Shown: piece after piece, positions 56,242 through 64,000 of the stretch
Numbering within the stretch: the first letter of the stretch is position 1
Layout: each line of letters begins with the position of its first letter
NCBI GenBank assembly: GCA_030390025.1
Contig: JASTWF010000034.1
Location: 1,984,001 to 2,048,000, forward strand
DNA: 64,000 nt
Direction: 5' to 3'
Origin: Squalus acanthias
Taxonomy: Eukaryota
Made by a program: the position numbers and the translations under genes
Notes under the pieces: generated by a model
Told to the model about the DNA's origin: nothing
Databases searched by the model: none
Seen by the model: the letters and a program-made list of their open reading frames with translations, nothing else

Positions 56242-56836
56242 AGTGTTAAAATGAAGGGTGTGGGGTATATCAGTGTTACAGTGAGGGATGTGGCGTATAT
56301 CAATGTTACAATGAGGGGTGTGGGGTGTATCAGTGATACAGTGAGAGGTGTGGGGTATATCAGTGTTAAAGTGAGGGGTGTGGGGTGTATCAGTGATACA
56401 GTGAGGGGTCTGGGGTGTATCAGTGTTACAGTGAGGGGTGTGGGGTGTATCAGTGTTACAGTGAGGGGTGTGGGGTGTATCAGTGTTACAGTGAGGGGTG
56501 TGGGGTATATCAGTGTTACAGTGTGGGGTATATCAGTTTGACAGTGAGGGGTGTGTGGTATATCAGTGTGACAGTGAGGGGTGTGTGGTGTATCAGTGTG
56601 ACAGTGAGGGGTGTGTGGTATATAAGTGTGACAGTGAGGGGTGTGTGGTATATCAGTGTTACAGTGAGGGGTGTGGGGTTTATCAGTGTGTTACAGTGAG
56701 GGGTGTGGGTTTTATCAGTGTTACAGTGAGGGGTGTGGGGTATATCCGTGTTACAGTGAGGGGTGATGGCTATATCAGTGTTACAGTGAGGGCTGTGGGG
56801 TATATCAGTGTTACAGTGAGCGATGTGGGGTGTATC
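56242..56836. repeat. 30-bp minisatellite, about 20 copies
   Basis: Unit gtgaggggtgtggggtatatcagtgttaca. Confidence 0.96.
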
Positions 56837-57004
56837 AAAAGGGAATTGGTTAAGTGCCCGAAGGAAAACAATTGCAGTGCTCTGGGGAAAGGGCATGGGT
56901 GTGGGGACTTGCTGAAGTGCTCTTGCAGAGAGCCGGCATGGGCTCGATTGGCCGTAAGGCCTCCTTCTGTACTGTATCCATTCGATGATTCTATAGAGCC
57001 AGAG

Positions 57005-58085
57005 ATGTACAACAACAACTTGTATTTAAATAGCGCCTTTAACGTAGTAGCACGTCCCAAGGCGATTCACAGGAGTATTTTAAGACAAACAATTTTGACA
57101 TTGAGCCACAGAAGGATAAATTCGGACAGGTGACTAAAAGCTGGGACAAAGTGGAAGGTTTTAATGAGCGTCTTCAAGGAGGAAAGAGAGGTAGTGAGGC
57201 GGAGAGGTTTAGGCTGGGAATTCCAGAACTTAGGGCCCAGGCAACAGAAGGCACGGCCACCAAATGTTGAGCGATTATAATCATGGATGCTCAAGAGGGC
57301 AGAATTGGAGGAGCGCAGCTATCTCGGGGGGTTGTGGGGCTGAAGGAGATTGGAGATAGGAAGGGGCGAGGCCATGGAGGGATTTGAAAACAAGGATGAG
57401 AATTTTGAAATCGAGGTGCTGCTTAACCGGGAGCCAGTGGAGGTCAGCGAGCACAGGGGAGATGGGTGAATGGGACTTGGTACGAGTTAGGACACGGGCA
57501 GCCGAGTTTTGGATGGCCTCAAGTTTACATAGGGTGGAATGTGGGAGGCCAGCCAGGAGTGCATTGGAATAGTCAAGTCTAGAAGTAACAAAGGCATGGA
57601 TGAGGGTTTCAGCAGCGGATGAGATGAGGCAAGGGTGGAGACGGGCGATGTTACAGAGGTGGAAGTAGGCGGCCTTTGTTATGCTGCGGATATGTGGTCG
57701 GAGGCTCACTTCAGGGTCAAATATGACACCAATGTTGCGAACAGTGTGGTTCAGTCTCAGACAGATGTTAGGGAGAGGGATTGAGTCTGTGGCTCGGGAA
57801 AGGTGTTGGTGGCTGGGACCGAAAACAATGGCTTCGGTCTTCCCAATATTTACTTGGAGAAACTTTTGCTCATGTCGGTCAAGCAGTCTCACAATTTAGA
57901 CACCGTGGAGAGGTCGAGAGAAGAGGTAGTTAGGTAGAGCTGGGTGTCGTCAGCGTACATGTGGAAACTGACTGTGTTTCTGGATGATGTCACCAAGGGG
58001 CAACATGTAGACGAGAAATAGGAAGGGGGCAAGGTGAGATCCTTGGGGGACACCAGAGGTAACGATGCGGGAGCAGGAAGAGAGA
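57005..58085 (-). mobile_element. L2 LINE, right-arm copy
   Basis: ORF 57281..57892 L2 motifs; [10 protein letters not shown]. Confidence 0.93.
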
Positions 58086-58429
58086 CTGACTGATATTCTG
58101 ATCCTTTTTGCACAGTATGATCCCAGCCCCAGACGTATCCCTCACTGTGGAGAGAGAGAGAGACAGTGAGGGAGCAGATACGTAGAGAAGGAAAGAAATA
58201 CTGGGGTGGAGTTTGACGTTTAGTCGGTGCTATAGTACAAACTGGGTAATTGTGAATCAGCCACCCATTTTGCACCGATGGAAATAAAACACGGGAGAGA
58301 TGTCGGGCAGGATCCCGGTTCATTCCCGGAGGCGGGGCTGATTGTACACCCTGTGTTCATGCCCAGTGAGACTGCACACCAGGAGCAGAGCCTGGTCAAT
58401 GTGACCCTGTGACACCGCGAGTGGCTGCT

Positions 58430-58916
58430 GTGTGATGCCACCTGGAGACAGGGCCCTGCCCCTGGTTACGGCCCATCAGTGGGATGTCGGTGTGGGAGGA
58501 GCTGGAGTGACAGCTGACACTGGGGGTGAGTTTAGTCCCAATAAACAGGGCAATGGACAGAAAAGAACTATTCAATCTTAAAGTAAGTAATTCAAACACA
58601 CTGATTAATTGCAAAAATAATCAAATTGAATATAATTATGGTCACAAAAATGCTCCCCCTGTATTCTGGAATTAACATGAATGATTTTTCTATTGACAGT
58701 CTCTGGGAGTGAGCAATATCTCAGGAAGGTGGAGAGAGAGAAGTCGAATCATCGCCTCACTGACTGGGACTGGAGAAATGTCACTGGTTTCACAGAGCAG
58801 ATCCGGTGGGATCGAGACCCCCAGTGTCGGAGACGGGATAGAACGGGAAGCTTCAACAATGATTGGAAAGGTGAGGAACTTTACTGAGAATCCCATCAGT
58901 CCAGGATTTTGCTGAG
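58430..58916 (+). other. Putative non-coding 5' exon module (copy 3): exon A ends 58525, exon B 58700-58916
   Basis: GTGAGT at 58526-58531, tttttctattgacAG ending 58699, GTGAGA at 58917-58922. Confidence 0.5.
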
Positions 58917-59029
58917 GTGAGAGTCTAACCAGATACTGGGAGCTGGTCAACATCTGCCGTCAGGCTCGGCCTTTGATGTGGCAAGTTGAGCGGAGCTTAA
59001 CTCTGAGATAAACCTTGCCCGTACCTCAC

Positions 59030-59912
59030 CCAGGAGTGTTTGACACTTGCATGTAGTGAGATCTTTATTCTGTATTCATCCCATGCTGTACCCGAGCTGG
59101 TTGTGCTTCACTGGGTAGTGTCAAGGGAGCTGTACGCTGCACATACTGTATTAGAGGGAGCTTTGCATGTCACGCACGCTGTACCTGCTCTGCGAGTGTT
59201 TCAGTGGACAGTGCAGAGGAAGGTTTAGTCTGTATCTCTCAATCTAACCCGTGCTGTTCGTGCCCTTGGACTGTTTGATTGGGCATTGTAAAGGGAGCTT
59301 TACTCTGTCTCTCTCTATCTAACCCGTGCTATACCTGCGCCTGCACTGTTTGATTGGGCAGTGTAAAGGGAGCTTTCCTCTGTATCTCGCTATCTAACCC
59401 GTGCTTTTCCTGCCATTGGACTGTTTGATTGGGCAGTGTAAAGGGAGTTTTACTCTGTATCTCTCGATCTAACCCGTGCTACACCTGCCCTTGGACTGTT
59501 TTATTGGGCAGTGTAAAGGGAGCTTTACTCTGTATCTCTCTATCTAACCCGTGCTATACCTGCCCTTGGACTGTTTGATTGGGCAGTGTAAAGGGGGCTT
59601 TACTCTGTATCTCTCGATCTAACCCGTGCTACACCTGCCCTTGGACTGTTTGATTGGGCAGAGTAAAGGGAGCATTACTCTGTATCTCTCTATCGAACCC
59701 GTGCTGTTCGTACCCTTGGACTGTTTGATTGGGCAGTGTAAAGGTAGCTTTACTCTGTATCTCTCTATCTAACCGGTGCTATACCTGCCCTTGGACTGTT
59801 TGATTGTACAGTGTAAAGGTAGCTTTACTCTATATCTCTCTATCTAACCGGTGCTATACCTGCCCTTGGACTGTTTGATTGGGCAGTGTAAAGGGAGCTT
59901 TACTCTGTGTAT
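59030..59912. repeat. 75-bp satellite variant array, right arm
   Basis: Mirror of 27000-27680 with more copies. Confidence 0.92.
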
Positions 59913-60019
59913 AACTCATCCTACATGCAGGAAGATTGTGTCAATTGGATTTCAATCCGGAGAAGTGTGAGGGAATGCATTTGTGGAGGTCTAACAAGTC
60001 AACGGATCCTACACTGAAG

Positions 60020-60771
60020 AACATAGGAAGAGGAGTCGGCCATTCAGCCCCTCGAGCCTGTTGCCCCATTCAATGCGACATTGACTGATCTGCGATCTAA
60101 CTCCATAAACCCACCTTTGGCCCATATCCCTTCATACCTTTGGTTAATGAAAAGCAATAAATCTCCGATTTAAAATTAACAATTTATCTAGCATCCACTT
60201 CCGTTTGTGGATGAGATTTCCAAACTTCTACCACTTTGTGTGTCGAAGTGTTTCCTAATTTCACTCCTGAAAGGACTGCCTCTAATTCTTAGACTGTGCC
60301 TCCAGTCCTAGTATCCCCACCAATGGAAATAGTTTCTCGCTATCTACTCTATCTGTTCCCCTTAATATCCTGAAAACTTCGCTCAGTTCACCTTCTAAAT
60401 TCTAGGGAATAGTACCCTAATTTGTGTAATCTCTCCTCGTAACTTAACCCTTGAAGTCCGGGTATCATTCTGGTAAACCTGCGCTGCACTCCCTCCAAGG
60501 CCAATATATCCTTCCTAAGGTGTGGTGCCCAGAACTGCTCACAGTACTCCAGGTGTGGTCTTACCAGGGTTTTGTATAGCTGCAGAATAACTTCTACCCC
60601 CTTGTAATCTAGTCCTTTAGATATAAAGACAAGCTTTCCATTAGCCTTTTTGATTATTTTCTGTACCTGTCCATGACATTTTAATGATCTATGTAAATGG
60701 ACCCCCCAAGTCTCTTTGGACATCCACTCTTTTTAGCTTTTCACCATTTAGAAAGTAACCTTTTCTATCCT
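60020..60771 (-). mobile_element. CR1 3' portion, right-arm copy (about 300 bp shorter than the left copy)
   Basis: ORF 60388..60723; mirror of 26130-26900. Confidence 0.92.
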
Positions 60772-61091
60772 TATAAAGGATTATGCTGGGTTATAAATTT
60801 TTATAAATGAATATAAAGTATTATAATGATATATAAAGTTTGATAATAGAATATAAAGTGTTATGATGAATGGTTAAGGAATATACAGGGCTGTAATGAT
60901 CGACAAAGGCTTATAAATTGTTATAATGATTGACAAAGGATTATAAAGGGATTTGAATGGGGTACAAAGTGATGCAAAATATGATAAAGGGACATGAGCT
61001 TTTATAAATCATTATAATCATTAATAACCCGTTATACACCTTTTGTAAATGAATATTAAGGATTCTAACGTTAGAAAGAGTTATAAGGCTC

Positions 61092-62968
61092 CCACTACAC
61101 TGTCCCATCAAACACTCGCAGGTTAGGTACAGCATGGGTTAGATATAGAGTAAAGCGCAAATACCCTGCCCGTTTTTGCACTCCCAGGGGAGGTGCAGCA
61201 AGGTTTAGATACAGAGTAAAGCTTCCTCTACACTGTCCCAACACACTCCCAGGGCAGGTTGAGTACGGGTTAGATACAGAGTAATGCTCCCTCCACATTA
61301 TGCCATCAAACAATCCCAGGTAATGTACAGCACGGTTTACAAACAGAGTAAAGCTCTCTCTACACTGTCCCAACAAGCATTCCCAGGCAGCTACAGCACG
61401 AGTTAGATGCATAGTAAAGCTCCCTCTACACTGTCCCATCAAACACTCCCAGGGCAGGAACAGTACGGTTTAGATACAGATTAAAGATCCCTCTACACTG
61501 TCCCATCAAACATTTCCAAAGCAGATACAGCACGGGTTAGATACCGAGTAAAGCTCCCTCTACACTGTCGTTTCAATACCTGCCCTGGCAGGTATATCAC
61601 AGTTTAGCTGCAGAGTAAATCTCATTCTAAACGGACCCATCACACACTCCCAGGGCAGCTACAGCAGAGGGTAAGATACAGAGTAAAGCTTCCTCTACTC
61701 TGTCCCATCTAACTGACCCAGGCAAGTACAGCCCGGGTTAAATACCGAATAAAGCTCCCTCTATACTATCCCATCAAACACTCCCAGGTCAGTTACAGCA
61801 CAGGTAAGATACAGAGTAAAGATCCCTCTACAGAATCCCATCAAACACACCCAGGGCAGGTACAGCAATGGTTAGATATAGAGTAAAGCTCCCACTGCAC
61901 TGTCCCATCAAACACTCGCAGGGCAGTTAGTGCATGGGTTAGATACTGAGTAAAGCTCCCTGTATACTATCACATCAAACACTCCCAGGTCTGGAACAGC
62001 ACGCATTAGATACAGAGTAAAGACACCTCTATCCTGTTCCAACAAATGCTCCCAGTACAGGTACTGCACGGGTTAGATACAGAGTATAGCTCACTATACA
62101 TTGTGCCATCAAACACTCTCAGGGCAGATACAAGAATGGTTAGATATAGAGTAAAGCTCCCTCTACACTGTCCCATCAAACACTCCCAGTTTAGGTACAG
62201 CACAGGTAAGATGCAGAGTAAAGCTCCCTCTACACTGCCCCATCAAACTTTCTCAGGCAGGTACAGCACGGGTTAGATACAGAGTAAAGCTCCCTCGACA
62301 CTGTCCCATCAAACACTCCAAGGGCAGGTACAGCACGGGATAGATACAGAGTAAAGCACCCTCATCACTGTCGCATTAAAGCCTCGCAGGGCAGGTAGTG
62401 CAAGCGTTAGCTACAGAGAAAAGCTCCCTCTACAAAGACTTATCGAACACTCCCAGGGCAGGTGCAGCACAAGGATTGATGCAATGTAAAACTGTCCCTT
62501 CAAATATTCCCAGGAAAATACAGCCCGGGTTAGATACAAAGTAAAGCTCCCTCTACAAAGACCCTTCAAATATTCCCAGGGCAGGTACAGCACGGGTTAG
62601 ATATAGAGTAAATCTCCCTCAACAAAGACCATTCAAACACTCCCAGGGCAGGAACAGCACGGGTTAGATACAGAGTAAAGCTCCCTCTACAAATACCCAT
62701 CAAACACTCCCAGGGCAGATACAGCACGGGTTAGATACAGAGTAAAGCTCCCTCTACAAAGACCCATCTAATATTCCGAGGGCAGGTACAGCCCGGGTTA
62801 GATACAGAGTAAAGCTCCATCTACAAAGACCCATCAAACACTCCCAGGGCAGGAACAGCTCGGATTAGATACAGAGTAAAGCTCCCTCTACAAATACCCA
62901 TCAAACATTCCCAGGGCAGATACAGCACGGTTTAGATACAGAGTAAAGCTCCCTCTACCCTGGTCCAT
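61092..62968. repeat. 67-bp satellite array, about 28 copies, right arm
   Basis: Mirror of 22745-25500. Confidence 0.96.
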
Positions 62969-62969
62969 C

Positions 62970-64000
62970 AAATTAGAGAGATGTATGCGTAACTCAAAGA
63001 CTGGTATGGGAGAAATTGATTTCACATCCTGGGGCACTAGCACCACTACTGGGGAAAGTGGGATCTGTACCATTGGGTTGGTCTTCACCTGAACCGTGCT
63101 GGGACCAGTGTTCTGGCGAGTCATATAACTAGGGCGGTAGAGAGGGCTTTCAACTAAATATTGGGGGCCAGGGATCAAATCTGGGAAGATGTGGTAATTC
63201 AAAGAGTAGAAACAAGACAAGTGAGAAAGGTATTAACATGGGAAATGATAAACAGACCGTGACGGGAAGGGATAGAGAGTACAAATCTAAGAGTAAATCA
63301 ACAGATAAGGCTAAAGGTTACAAAAATAATAAAAGGACAAAACTATAGGCTCTGTATCTGAATGCACGAAGCATTCGAAACAAAACAGATGAATTAATGG
63401 CGCAAATAGAATTAAATAAGTACAATCTGATAGCCATTACAGAGACATGGCTGCAGGATGACAAACATTGGGACCTGAATATTGAAGGGTACATGATATT
63501 TAGGAAAAAGTGGAGGGGTGGCTCTGTAAATTAATAATGGTATTAGCGCAATAGAGGGATGACTTAAGTTCAGGAAACCAGGATGTAGAAGCGGTTTGGG
63601 TAGAGATGAGAAATGATGAAGGCAAGAAGTCACTTGTGGAAGTGGTGTACAGGCCCCCTAACAGTAATCACACGTTAGGATGGAGTATCAAGGAAGAAAT
63701 AATGGGAGCTTGTCAGAAAGGTACGGCAATAATCATGGGGGATTTTAATCTACATATAGATGGAAAAATCAGATGGGCAAAGGTAGCCTAGATGAGGAGT
63801 TCATAGAATGTTTTTGGGACAGTTTCTTAGAACAGCACGTTCTGGAGCCAACCAGAGAGCAGGCTATAGTAGACCTGGTATTGTGAAACAAGATAAGATC
63901 AATTAATGACCACATAGTGAAGGTGCCCCTAGGTCGCAGCGATCAGAATATGATTGAATTTTACATTCAGTTTGAGGGAGAGAAGATTTGGTCCAAGACT
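62970..64000 (+). mobile_element. CR1 5' portion (APE), right-arm copy, runs off the window
   Basis: VVYRPPNSNH and IMGDFN; mirror of 21712-22740. Confidence 0.94.

Larger units (their letters stand above)
47710..64000. repeat. Right arm of inverted segmental duplication (continues beyond the window)
   Basis: Reverse-complement paralogue of 21712-38610. Confidence 0.95.

Noticed and set aside
47710..64000. Palindrome as a pure assembly artefact (fold-back read or haplotype duplication)
   Set aside because: Arms differ by many substitutions, arm-specific insertions with TSD and deletions, far more than expected from a fold-back artefact

Overview
Eukaryotic, repeat-saturated genomic DNA, almost certainly from a cartilaginous fish (shark). 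The evidence is an HE1-type V-SINE, a SacSINE1-like DeuSINE, many decayed CR1 and L2 LINEs, Penelope and Harbinger relics, and a 67-bp satellite. Host-gene content is small: one coding exon (N-terminus plus TM1) of a GPR139/GPR142-like class A GPCR on the minus strand, a frameshifted C2H2 zinc-finger pseudogene present twice, CpG-island promoters, and a spliced non-coding 5' module present three times. The right two-thirds of the window is a large inverted duplication. The arms are about 21712-38610 and about 47710-64000 (running off the window). The ~9 kb spacer holds a CR1 carrying a very young Gypsy LTR retrotransposon (38823-43325; 215-bp LTRs differing at 1 nt; CTCAA TSD). The most unusual signal is in that element. 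It has no tRNA primer-binding site next to the 5' LTR. Instead the 13 nt at the PBS position are the exact reverse complement of the LTR's own poly(A)-signal segment, which suggests self-priming and/or poly(A) occlusion, and its RT has YLDN instead of YxDD. Minimal hammerhead-ribozyme motifs from Penelope-type repeats and a minisatellite born inside a CR1 RT motif are also present. Family names come from motif recognition by eye, not database searches, and boundaries of decayed repeats are approximate.
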